This document shows, piece by piece, positions 39,900-52,197 of a stretch of 64,000 nucleotides of DNA. Under the pieces are notes generated by a model that ran no database searches, was not told the origin of the DNA, and was given only the letters and a program-made list of their open reading frames with translations. The position numbers and the translations under genes were made by a program. Within the stretch, counting starts at the first letter, position 1. The number at the start of each line of letters is the position of its first letter. Origin of the DNA: Acanthaster planci (lineage: Eukaryota); NCBI RefSeq assembly GCF_001949145.1, contig NW_019091355.1:5402517-5466516 (forward strand), read 5' to 3'.

Positions 39900-40335
39900 G
39901 GCCTACGTGACATAAGATACGAGATATCTCAGGAAGGATGTAAAAACGATTAGGCTTTTTAGCTTACTCCTTGTGTCAACATGATTTGTCACGAGATGCA
40001 AAAACCTGGTCAGTTGGTGGAAATGTTGAAAGCACCGTCGTCTCTACCGATCCATGGGAAAAAATTTTCATTTTATAATGAGATCGGGACGCTTTGTCAA
40101 ATGTACATTGTACAGTGCAGTAGGCCTAGGCCAAAGGTTGCTGGCCCTGTGTTTTCTTTGCGAAACGTGGAAGACCCACTGCTCAACATCTAAGAAAACC
40201 CATCATCAACGGTGATGTTGCAGCCCGCCCTCTTGTGGTGAATGTTTCCGGTCTGGCGACTTGACGCATTGTACGAAATCTCATGCAACGCTGAGATTCG
40301 ACGTAAATTTTGCGGACAACAGTGACAAAATGGCG
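39900..40335. promoter_or_regulatory. CpG-rich promoter of ANAPC16, possibly bidirectional with GGCX
   Basis: Local CpG enrichment, GCCCGCCC, TTTCCGG (ETS-like), YY1-like AAAATGGCG at the ATG, and a minus-strand donor GA|gtaagc at 39968. Confidence 0.55.
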
Positions 40336-40429
40336 AGCAACACCTCGAGAAAAACAGAATTTGACAGCCTAAGGAAAGCACTCTTTCATTCCCCTACTGC
40401 TCTGGAGGGGAACCAGCAGGACGAGCCAG
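40330..40429 (+). CDS. ANAPC16: ANAPC16 coding exon 1
   Basis: caaaATGgcg start context; G|gtaaat donor. Confidence 0.88.
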
Positions 40430-43400
40430 GTAAATGTTTGTTAGAGAAGTGTTAGTGTAGGTATTCCGCGCAGATATTTTCATATTTGGACCTGGCCTAT
40501 GCCTACTCCCGGTTCCAGAACTATAAAAATACCAAACCCACAGATAGCCATGCACTAACTCCCAGAGTTCCGAGTCCTAGGCCTAAACTCATTTGGCTGT
40601 TTTGATTGTGCCAACTTACTCTTTTATCACAGCCATTTGTGCGGCCAAATTTCATACATGCCTTCTTGGTGAAGATAGATGTCAGATGGTTAGGTTTATT
40701 CACCTTAGACCTATCCTCATTAACACATATAGGCCTAATTAAAATGGTGAAAATCTTCAGCATTTTGCCCATTGCTTTTGAGTCAACTCGTACCTTAGGT
40801 GACTCATACCTGAGGCAACACCTACCTGGAGTTAAAACCACAGTCGTACCTTCATGTTATCAATTCGGTTGTAACTTTCTTGCTTACAAGCTATGGCAAA
40901 GCTGACAGTTATTGAGAGTACGTGCTGCTGATTTTCTGTTGTGAGGATGGGCAAAATGCTCAAGAATTTCACCATAAGCCTTATCACAAATACTGCATGG
41001 GTGATTTTGCACAATGGTAGAAAGGCATTGTGGGAAGGTTTGCTCCTTTTTCCTCCCCACAATGCCTTTTCTATCATTGTGTAAAATCACCCATGCGGTA
41101 TTTGCGATAAGGCTTATGTTAATGAGGATATAAGGTGAATAAATCTCCCCATCTGACATCTAACAAGAAGGCATGTATGAAATTTGGTTGCATAAATAAC
41201 TGTGATGGAAGAGTAAGTTGGCACAATAAAAACTGCCAAAATGTGTTTACGGGAGTTTGTACATGCCTATCTCTAAGGTTTGTATAAACCAATGTATGGA
41301 CCGTGTACCAAGTCATACAGTTTGACTGTTGAAGGTGTAAATATGACGGTTTGGGGCATTCAACACAGAGATTGCAGATCATGTATGTGGCCAAACTTTG
41401 AGCAATTTTGCACGTGCCGTGTTACGTTGGGACTCGACTTACCGAGCATTGCATGCATAGAGACCCAGTGAAACAGCATCTGAGCATGCACAGGACCAGT
41501 GGACGATGCATCAGCTGCCCTTACCAGCAGCGATGTGGCATGCACGGTGGCGATGTCACAGTGCACAGTCCATTCCACGATGCACAAGCACTTTGGCCGT
41601 ACTGATGATTATTTGCTAGACTACTGCTTTGGGAGATGAGAAATCTATCCCCAGTCTCTTTTTGGTAAAGTGCACTCATTACGAGTCAACTTGTCTCAAT
41701 CAATGATGTGTCTCAACAGTCGAGTTGTCTGTCCATTTGAGGCACAGACAGTCGAATTGTCCCACCAGTCGAGTTGGCTCAACGGTCGACTTGTCCGGGC
41801 CCCCTACTTATCACTGTAAACCACCATCAAAACACCCACCAAAATTTGGGATGTTGGACAACTCGACCATTAACCAACTCGACATGAGACAACTTGACTA
41901 CTGAGACAACTCAACAGGTAGGACAATGCGACTGTTTACCAAGTCATCTGTGAAAACAACTCTATCATTTAAGGTGCGAACATGACAGAGTTTGGGAACT
42001 TTAACACAGATTGCTGATCATGTGTTTGGGCAAATTTGCGTGTGCCATGTTACATTGTGACTGGTGGACAGCGTATTGGCCACCCCAACCAACACAATAC
42101 CTGGCCATGACGGTGATGCTGTGGGGCTTGTTTGGTGTCACAGTGCATGGTCTGGGGTGCATGGGCACCTCGGCCACACTGATGATCAGTTGCTAGTCTC
42201 CACAAGGCACCACATTTCAAATCACACAGTGAACGCACCCACACTTACCTTACATACCTAGTGTGGACATTCCTTTCTTTTCGTGCAGTGAAGAAAACTC
42301 AGTGAAAATACTTATTTTTCTTGAACTGGGAACATGATTTTTAGCTGGCTTTTTGTACAAGGTCTTCTTGACTATTCCTTTTCCTTTTACGACAGATGAC
42401 CCCCACCCCAAAATGCCTTTAAACCTCTTTTTCAGAGAAAGGGAAACATCCTGTGGACATGTGTAAGGCATGGTTACCATTTAAGATCCGATAAGGGAGG
42501 TGCCCTCCAGTAAGCTTTTCCGGTAGCAAAGTCCCCTTTTATATCGGACCAGCTACAGGGACTTGGAGACTGGTCTGGCAGTTGATGTAAAGGATAATGC
42601 CGGAGGTACGCGACATTTGTGGGTGAGAATGGGCCCGAGGGCCAGTCTTACCCATGAATGTCGCGTTACCAAGGGTATTGTGCGACTTAACCTCCATCCA
42701 TGACGTCCCCCTATTTCGCCTCTCCATTATTTTGTACGAATGGAGCGACTTTGTCTGCAAGAAAATAATCCTGAAGGATTTGTCGTTATGTAACTTTCAA
42801 ATGCAGGCATCCCAATATTTAAGCAATTGTACAATTAAGCTGGGTTCATTCTGTATCAACATGGCGTGGAGTGAAAGTGACAGTGATGGCGGTCTATTCC
42901 TAACATAGAGTGTATTTCAGTCACAAGACAGTGACGAGTATCACACTGATGATGCAGTAGCTGATGCATTAGACTTACAAAATCACACCACAGTAGAATT
43001 AGAAAACTGTGTCTACCAGCTGATAGTTTCTGATATATCTGACGATGAGCTCCTTGCAGTGTCCTTCGCATGAGAGGAAAAAACATCCAAACTAACCGTT
43101 TTGAGACGCCGAAAGGAGACGAAGAGATAGCACGAATGAGTAAGAATGAGAAGGTAAGCATTCCCCAGAAAAATAAAAATGAAGATGTTTCTTTCTTTAA
43201 CTTTGTTTTATGTGATCTGTTTCTTGTTTATTAAACTCCTGCACAAAAGAGGTTAAGTCAGCTTTGGAACAAAGTGTTATGAGTGAGAAAAAAATCAAAG
43301 TGGACCATTTCTTTAATATCATATTTCCAACTGAATCTTAACCTTCAGTTTTTATAATGGAAAACACCTGTAAATTAAGTCGCGGACAGATTTTAAAATT

Positions 43401-46400
43401 GTACCCCGCCAAAATGGTTACAAACCGAATAATTTAAGAAATAACCACCTAGGCCTATTCTAGTTCAGAATTGTAAAAACACATTGAAAACCTGTCAGAT
43501 TAACAATTTTGTCAAGACGTGTGGTTCTATGTAGAGTAGATTGTGTATAACTGATTGTTTTGGTGAAATTTTGCACAGTGCATGCAGAGTCACTCGGTGT
43601 GCAAAATGCATGTTACTTTCAAGTCGTTTTTCTAAGACTTTACTAAAACCTTGGACTAACAGGTTGTGCCATGTGTTTTGACACTTTATTGAGGGAAGTT
43701 CGCTCTTTTCTAAGATTATTCGGTTTGTGACCATTTTTGGTTGGGTACAATAGTAAAATCTTTCCTAGACTGCTTATTTTTCTTTCGCCAGATACGTTCA
43801 TTAATTTGTGTTTTGCATATAAAGGTTTCTTCTGTACGATTTCTAGTTTCATCTGTCCCATTTGGCAAACAACTCAAGAGCACAGAGTTTGCGCAAAGGT
43901 CACGATTGTGCTGAACATATCTAATATTTGGACCAAAAAGTTACTTTCTAATTTTTTTTTTCAGACTTAAGTGGGCGTTAGAACCTTATCGTCAATGGCA
44001 AGGTCAGTGCAACCATTGAGCCATCAACTGCCCGACACTGAGCACAAATCCTTTCAATGTTCGTCTTGAGGATATGACCAAGGATGAGCTTAATTATTCT
44101 ATCGCAAGATTTCTGTGCGAGATGAACAAACAAAACGGAGAGAAATTTCCAGGAGCAACACTTCACGAACTCATGATTTGTCTTCAGCTTTATTTTGACA
44201 CCATGAATAAGGCCTACAAATTCCTGCAAGATCCTGACTTCTTACAGATCAAGAATACACTGGATGGACTTTATGAAGGATCGTGCCAAGGAGAGTTTGG
44301 GGAATCGACGTAAGCAAGCTGAGGTTATAACCTTACAGGAAGAGGAGGAACTAAGGTCAGCTGGCGTTCTCAGAAGCGATAACCCGACCAAGGAATATTA
44401 CTCTGACCCTGAATTTAAACATTTAAGATCTGCTGTTTATGTCATGTATTTTTGTACAAAATGCGTAAACTGCACAGCATAAAATTTATGAGTTTAAGAA
44501 AAATAGGATTTTACTAAATCTGCCTCGCATAATCAAAAATACTGTTTACAAATCAGCTGAAGCTTTGAAAGCAAAAAAATGAGACTTGCTTGTTGTTTGG
44601 TACAATGCACCTTGGATCAAATGGTAAGTCTACATAAAATAAAAATCTTAACGAATTCTATTATTGTTGGTACAAAAACTAATTTTGTAATGTTTTCAGA
44701 ATGAATTCCATTCCAAAACTCCATTATTTTGTAGGAATGGAGTGGTGGAGACGTTGCCCTTCCAAATAAGGGAGAGGGGAAGTCTCCACGCTCCATTCAT
44801 ACAAAATAATGTAGCGGCAAAACAATACGGTGACATCACGGGATGGAGGTTAACAAACACTCATCCACCCTGGAGTCTATTGGTTATAGTTTGACTGGTA
44901 CAATCTAACCCAGAAGAAACCCCTGTCATGTTCTTCGCACTCAACACTACACAATAGAAACCCTTCCCAAGCATTCCAAAAAATCGACCAGAGTTTTATC
45001 TCAAGCCTAACAATGGAGCCTCCCTGCACATCAAAGCCCCTGCCATGGGGTTTTGCAAACAATGCACCCTTAAACCACCACATTTGCCAATGCTAGCCCC
45101 CTGACTAGTCTTATGCATGTACACCTTGTTTGATATATTTATTGGGGAACTATAGTCTTTTGGCTTAACAACCTCTGAATGAAAAATGATGTCTGAGGTC
45201 ACTGAAAAAAATGCTCTCAAAAACCTTTGAGACCCCGAGGTAACTTAATCCAATCGTGGATTCTTTGTGGTGGCCATGTGACCAATCTGAAGGAAGCTTT
45301 GCGCATGGCATGACTAAAACCTGGTTTCTGCCGCCTGCCCAATTGCAGCTGAAGCACTCGAGTTGTGCTAGCCATAGCCCACGTGTATACACAATGGACG
45401 CACATTTCTGGCGTGGTGCTGGGAATGCATTGTTTTGCGTTGCCAAATCTCACTCGAATTTTTTTTTTCAAAGGACAGATGAAGGAATAAAAAGACAAAG
45501 AAAACCACACAAATATTTCTTTACTCTCTTTTAATACTTAAACGTTTTGAAAAACCAAAATTGTCAGCCCTCAAGCGATCGAAAAGAAATGATCATGTGA
45601 TCAAACAGAAAAACCCTGTGCCCTCGCTGTGTGCAAGATAAATGTCACAAAATGTGCACAGTTTTGGTGGTTTCTGCTATACTTATCCGTAGAATAGAAA
45701 TTTTACATACATAATAAAAACATGAAATCTCGGCAAACTGATGATTTTTAGAAGGATCTGCTATACTTATCCGTAGAATAGAAATTTTACATACATAATA
45801 AAAACATGAAATCTCGGCAAACTGATGATTTTTAGAAGAATTTGTTGTTAGATATAAGGAAACAACCACTTATAACGTCTCCAGTAGCCACTCTGGGGGC
45901 TAGTAGTGCTTCGATCCTGTTCATGTGCATGTACATGTGAGCAAGACTCGGGAACTCATTGATTGGCTCGATATCCAGATAAGTCACATTTTTATCCACT
46001 GAGGTTTGAGTTATCAAACGTGTAGAATGTATAAAAGTTTTCCTACCATTGAGAACACATATATATGAGTCATTCTGTCCGTGCTGGTTTAATGGAAGTT
46101 TGAAAGTTAAGGCTTATTTTCTTTAAAATTCCTTCAAGCGAAGGCATGTCCGAAAGCTGGCGATCTTCCACGCTTACGTACGATGGTCCATCCAGCAGCC
46201 AGAACATAAATGTACTCATCCAAAAATAATAAGCAGCTAAAAAACATCTGGAACAAGCCCGGTCCATTCGTGGAGTGCCCTTATTGCATGCAGCATTACA
46301 CTTGAAAAATATCACACCTCCATGCAAAAGCTGGCACTGCATTAAATGTTCTTTGTTTTCGTGTTTTCTTAACACCCGCTGCTTCAGAAGAATCGCGATA

Positions 46401-49400
46401 TGGAATATTATAAAGTTTCAATCTGCCCATCAGTTAATTAATGGTCGAAACAATACAATCCACCTCAAGCCAGCAGCAGGAATTAACTTTTCGGCCAACT
46501 CTTGCTAGTAGGCTATAATCCAGTAAGTCTTTTTCTGTTCAGCTCTGTCTGTTCTCTAAGGGGCCATAAACTGATGCACCTCACTGATTTCAAAGGGCAC
46601 AGATCAGACAAGCCTGTGTACCAGACGGGCAGGCTGAATACTGGACTGGCTTAATACCAGATTGGGTAGGGTTGGGCCCTTTCCATTCCGGATCTGAATG
46701 GTCACCGTCCCTACGTCCACAGAACATCTTCCATTCCTGCATCGTGTGGACATCCTTTGTTCACAAGTCCACACTAGGTACACCTGTACGTGTATGTAAG
46801 GTTAGCGCAAAAAGTGCATTTAACACACTGTTTACCCCCCAGAACTGTGGGTTGTGTGCTTGGCAGACAACAGACACCACAGTTCTGGGGTACGCACTGT
46901 AAACGCCTCCAACAAATTCTAAATCCACAAAAGAGGCACAAAAACTGTTAATGTTTTGGTTAAAGGGAAATGTCCATTAATTTGAGGGTACATTTCATTT
47001 TTGAAAGTGGAGTTTTTTTCACACACACAAACAAATCTCTGAGCTGCGTAACTGTAGGCCACCATTTTGCCTTCTTACTGCCCCATTCAGGAATGGGCGT
47101 GCAAGTAAATGCAATTATCATGGCATAGACAAAGTAACCAAGGAGGGCACCTTGCCATGGGAATAGGAGAAAACCCCACAAAAATCATTGGAGGAAAAAG
47201 TACAGGAGAATTCCTTATCTGGTCCCAATTAAATAGCATGGTGATGCTTGTAGTTACGAAGTTGCGATCCTGCAGGATTCACACTTTATGACCGCCCTCT
47301 GTTGGTTTATTGTATAATGCTACGACCCCTTGTGCGTAATTCTATGGTCCACGCTAAACCCCCGAGACAGCATGGCTGCTTGTTCCAGAGCTGTGTGGAG
47401 AGGCAATTTTCATGAAGTGAAGCTGGCAATTTTTCAATTTTTAACCTTGTGTTCTTCAGCCAGAGTGTTGTTTTGGCAAATGCTTCACTGTCAAATACCA
47501 CTTGTGTTAATTTAGAGCCTGGTTTAGAGGTGTGGATGGTGTCTGCGTCTTGCCAGGGTGCTGGCGATAACTATGCTCTACCGTGTTTTGATAATGCCGT
47601 GTTTCACTGGTTGACGTTGACAAGTGGTCTATTGAAACTGAACAATTTCTTTCCCTCATCAGATTGGCCCCTGCTTACCAGGCTTCAAGTAGAACATGAC
47701 ACTGAAGTTTGCATGAAGAATGTGCAAAAAGGTGAGTCCTGCTCTTTCATTGCAGTAATGTTCCTGATAGTTTATTGGCAAACCAGCTCAGTCAGGCCTT
47801 AGGCCTACTCAAGTCCCTGAAAATCAAACTGACGTGTCATATTCAAGGCCCTGTATACAATGTACATGTACACAAATGATGCCAAAATGTTGCTGTATAT
47901 AGATTTTGCAGAATTTTGGGGAGCTCAGGATAAAGAGACATAAAAGATGCAATAGTGTGTTTTAGAATTCTGAGTGTATTCTTAATTATAGCGTATGTAT
48001 CCCATTTTTATTTGTGATGGCAACAGGAAAAAAAAAAACCCCACACTTGTATCTAAAACTGTTCCCAGGATAAATAAGAATGCATGAAACTGAAACAAAA
48101 GGCAGTAAACAGCAGACACGGATGAGTTGTGTAAATTGTCTGCATGTATGTAATCGCTAAAAATTAGAAATTTCTGTCATAGCTCATTGTTTCTGGATTC
48201 TTTCTAAATCGTGCCAGAATGACGTTTTTGTCATTAATTGGAAAAAGCGGGACTTGTTTACTGCATTCTTTTTCTTTTTAAACGTGGGCTAATTTTTATT
48301 CTGAACAGGCATATACACTACATTGCAATTTTCAGTGCATGGACTCTAGCTTCGCAACAGTTTTTTCTGTAGAAAAGTGTTGATAGTACTGTAAATAACT
48401 CAACTTTTTGGAGATTTTCTGTAACAACATAATGTTTTTATGTTGTGACTTTTAAAAACATTTTCAAGGGTCCTTTATAAAGCAACAACTGATTTCATAT
48501 GTTTAAATTTACTTCGAGGGAAGTGCTTCTCAGTAGGGCTCACTGTTGCCAAGTTATGCAAGATTACATTGATGCATAGTAGACGCTGATAGTAGAAAAA
48601 ATTCAGTTGACAACTCGCAGAATTCTGTCACTAGTACAGTTACTTGGAAAAGGCATAGGTCGTTTACTAGACAGGTTCAGTACCTCAGTCGATGACATGT
48701 CGGCCAACATGCATCAAGTCAGCATGCAGACAGGCTTAGGGTAAGCTCTGGTACGGCATGCACCCAATGGTTTGCTTGTACCCGTAGGCTTATTTTTGTA
48801 AACACCCGAAGTCTTCCAAATCTATGATACGCGCAATCAGGTATAAGAGTCCATCCAAGTGTTTGAAAGAAAGAGGAATTTTTTCCAAGGTTTATAACAT
48901 CACAGGATTTTGTCCAATAAGCCCTCCAAGGGCTGGTGCATTCTTCCCAGAAAAAATGGAAGGAGAGGGACTGGCATGATGTCATAACAAGTTTTTCTGC
49001 AATGCTTTTGAAGTGTGCATGTGAAGTAGACTAAGATCAGCTGTATAACCCACCCTCACGCTCATCTTGCACCTTTACTTTTAATTGATATTAATGATTT
49101 TTTTTATGTCATACACATGTAATTCAAGAATTTAGTATAGGCATAGTAGTAAAGTAGGGCTCCAGGTATGGGGGGGGGAGTTACTAATCATTTCGTCTTG
49201 TGCCCGGCAAAAGTGCACTTATGCCCTTTTGCCGGGAAGCATGATCACAGCAGATGAGACTCACAAAGCAGAAAAAATGTTTCTGGCAAAAGGGCGTAAG
49301 AAACACACCCTCTTTATATTTAGTAAAATGGGTAAAATTTACTACAGAATCAACACAGGCTGTACAAAAAAGCAACCTTTGAACAACTTATCAAAACGAC

Positions 49401-50063
49401 TTGGGAATTTTTTTCTTCTTACATTTTGCAAAGAAATCTTTGCATACAGTTGCATGCATACATCCTCTTGCCAGGAAATTTTTGTTTGCAGTGATCATGC
49501 TCCCCGGCAAAAGGGTGTAAGTGCTTTCATTCTTCTTCCAGGCACACAACGATTTCGTCTAGATATATACTTAAGGTGCAGGTACATGTACTTGTAGTTT
49601 GGTTGGCATAATGCCTGTATCTTGTCCAGATATGTATAAGTTAACAGACCGATTAGTGGTATCATCAAAACATGAAATGGATCACATTTGCGATCAATTT
49701 TTTTTTCAGTGATGCGTATTGATGATCACAGCTATATTTGTCCTATTTCAATAGAATAGCAGATTTTTCTCCATTGATTTCCTGCTATGCTCCTCTGTTG
49801 TTAATACTCTTTACTACTTAAGTACACATGTACTTTTGGACATCTGCAGTAAACTTCTTCCCACGTTTCCTCCGAGGTCAGATATTTGTGCCTGTTACCT
49901 ACCAAATCAGCATGTATTCTTAATATTTAAGATTAAGTTGTGTTTGCTTCTTGCTGCAGAAATGCATCAGCAACGCCTGGAGGATCTGAAGAAGAAAGTG
50001 GACTATTTGGCCAAGACCGACTGGAAGTACACACCTGCCCAAAAGCTGATTGGATTAGAGTGA
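40330..50063 (+). CDS. ANAPC16: Anaphase-promoting complex subunit 16, 3 exons, 90 aa: MASNTSRKTEFDSLRKALFHSPTALEGNQQDEPDWPLLTRLQVEHDTEVCMKNVQKEMHQQRLEDLKKKVDYLAKTDWKYTPAQKLIGLE
   Basis: Exons of 100+69+104 nt join in phase 1. The N-terminal RKALF and C-terminal helix plus DW(K/R)(Y/F)xPxxxLxG motif match the APC16 family as recalled. Confidence 0.88.
40534..41281. mobile_element. Foldback element with approx. 200-bp arms and a nested palindrome (40974-41117)
   Basis: 40590-40725 is the reverse complement of 41115-41248; inner pairs 40743-40772 / 40947-40975. Confidence 0.8.
41664..41940. repeat. Inverted array of short GTCGAGTTGTC-type units bounded by GGTAAA...TTTACC (MITE-like)
   Basis: About 5 units forward (41685-41795) and about 5 reversed (41855-41935). 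Confidence 0.65.
42861..44390 (+). pseudogene. Decayed Crypton-type tyrosine recombinase / DUF3504 (ZMYM/QRICH1/KCTD1-related) coding remnant in ANAPC16 intron 1
   Basis: KWALEPYRQW...MTKDELNYSIARFLCEMNKQNGEKFPGATLHELMICLQ...FLQDPDFLQIKNTLDG/MKDRAKESLGNRRKQAEVITLQEEEEL..GVLRSDNP; frameshift near 44270, in-frame stops, 3' truncated. Confidence 0.8.
45673..45838. repeat. Exact tandem duplication with 84-bp period
   Basis: tctgctatacttatccgtag...gatttttagaag occurs at 45673 and 45757. Confidence 0.95.
47663..47731 (+). CDS. ANAPC16: ANAPC16 coding exon 2
   Basis: tttctttccctcatcag| acceptor, G|gtgagt donor, 69 nt, phase 1-1. Confidence 0.8.
49193..49552. mobile_element. MITE with approx. 60-bp inverted ends
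   Basis: cccttttgccgggaagcatgatcac / gtgatcatgctccccggcaaaaggg. Confidence 0.7.
49960..50063 (+). CDS. ANAPC16: ANAPC16 coding exon 3
   Basis: cttcttgctgcag| acceptor; encodes EMHQQRLEDLKKKVDYLAKTDWKYTPAQKLIGLE*; AATAAA at 50086. Confidence 0.9.
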
Positions 50064-52029
50064 GTTGTGTCTCACAAGTTCAGCCAATAAAAGGAGGTGA
50101 CAGAAAAACAATGAGCCCACAGATCCACACTCTGCAAGATGGATTGGTCAACAATGATGTCATCTTACAAAGGCAGCCAATAAGAGGAGATGAAGCACTC
50201 ACTAATGGGAACACTAACTGATCAGCCTAAAGGGGTGTCATCTCAATCATAAGGGGCAGCCAAGAAGGGAACATTAAAGGCTGTGTTGGTGGGAAAGATT
50301 GACAAAGCCCGTGTGGAGAAATTCATGCCGTCCTGTAATGGCAGCCAACAAGATCAGCTGAATCACAACAGGTTCAGAAAGGCACCACCTCAATGGCTGT
50401 CAAGTTGAGAAAAGATGTCACTTTATAGAATGGACGATTTAACTGTAGAACCAGGCGGACTGAAGGATAATTGAAACAACAATGGGTTGGTTCATGTTTT
50501 ATCTGTAGCACTTGAAGTGCCGCTCTTGAAAGGGCTGATCTTGATAATTTGATTAGGAGAGGGGAAAATTTCGGTTTAACTCCAATTTACTTTAATGTCA
50601 AACCCAGACGATACAAGAAACCTACGTGACGAACCCTTGCAAGTTGACGATTTCGGAATGTCCAGCTTCTTGCGCGGTCAAAAGACTCTATCAATGGTAA
50701 TGAATGGCGCCCTATTACCACTGATAAATTTCGTATAATCTATTCGCGCAAAGCTTTATTTTCTTCAACCAACTGAAAGGGAGACGTTTAAAAAAAAGGA
50801 ATTACCGTGTTCTGTAGATTTGCTCTTTATAGCTTATTAAATGGTTGTAAATATCTCGATGAACAGTGTCGTGATGTGATGTGCACTCGCTACCGAATTG
50901 TATTCTGTAATTCCAAGATTTTCTGTTCAAAGTCTGCTTCACGATGGAACAGTCAGTGGCATGTGCAGGTTCAAATCAAGGTTGTTACTGGCAGCCGTGT
51001 GAAAAGTAATTCCCACATTTTGAATAAACGGTCGATTTGATTCAAGTTTCTTGGTCTTCATCTTGCGTTCCCGTTTGTGATGACCCACGTAAAGCAACCA
51101 CAGCGCCCTCATGCGGATTCATCATGCAGTGTCTGCCATGCAGTCCTGAATTGAACCGAACGGAACCCTTCACACTCATGCCTCGGCGACGTGATTGATT
51201 TTCCCTCTGCTCTCTCCTGGATCCACATACATTATTAATCGTCACTCTCGGCTCATTTTTCCTATTCAATCTCCCCCGCCCGAAAGCTGGAGCCGGAATA
51301 CATTTTCCCTTGTGATGATGACGGAGGATAAATAAATCATCGTGGATTCGATGACGGATGGGAGGTCTTTGTGCCCCCAGATGTCAAGCCCATCTTTGGG
51401 CCTCATCGTCACCAGCCAGCCAAGTTACTTCTCCCCCTTTCGTTTTTTTTTTTTTCGTCTCTCAATAGTCGGCCGCGCCGACCGGCTAATACCGCGATAA
51501 ATCATCCCCGATTTTTCGGCGTGTTTGTGTGTGTGCGCAAGCCGCTTTATTTAAAATGCGGACGCGGTTGTCGTGTTGAAAGCCGATTCGAATCACCCCC
51601 TTTGGCAGATGCAGAGAAGGAAGGGGGGGCCCTACAGTCTGCCTCCCATCATTCCATATTCTTATCCCAGAATGTCTGTAATGTGCTTTGATGGCCGGGT
51701 CATAATTTACAGAGCTGGACGTGCGGAATAAATTGCATATTTTCCGCGACTGAGAACAGACGCAACGGCAATTCACTCAGAATATATTCCGATGCCTCGG
51801 CAACTTCAAGGCACCAGTCTTCTGTTTAAATGAGACAGTTTGGTATTCCAACAGCGCGTGTCCAAACTGAAGCGCGTCCGAGGTGATACAGGAACAGCTG
51901 CACGCGCGCGCGATTGTCTGCACTTATCAGCGCTGCCGTACCTCGGTATACGCCTTGACCCGGGCACTTTGTTCCCGAAAGACCTCGTCTGTTTTGAAAA
52001 ACCGAACTGGCGCATTGGCTCTTGCAATA

Positions 52030-52197
52030 CAGGCTATTCACAATAGAGCGCCACCAAGAGTTTGCAACGCGTTGGCCAATCACAACGCTCGAAATCTGTC
52101 GACCCTTTCCAAACGCGCGTTTGGTCGACAGATTTCGCGCATTGTGACTGGCCAACGCATTGCAAACTCTTGGTGGCGCACTATTGTGAAACGGCCG
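52030..52197. mobile_element. Palindromic Tc1/mariner-type MITE, copy 1
   Basis: TA|CAGGC...GCCG|TA; approx. 75-bp arms; second copy at 63123. Confidence 0.85.

Noticed and set aside
41664..41940. Short interspaced GTCGAGTTGTC units as a CRISPR-like array
   Set aside because: Units are about 11 bp, degenerate and arranged as two inverted blocks, typical of MITE subterminal repeats.
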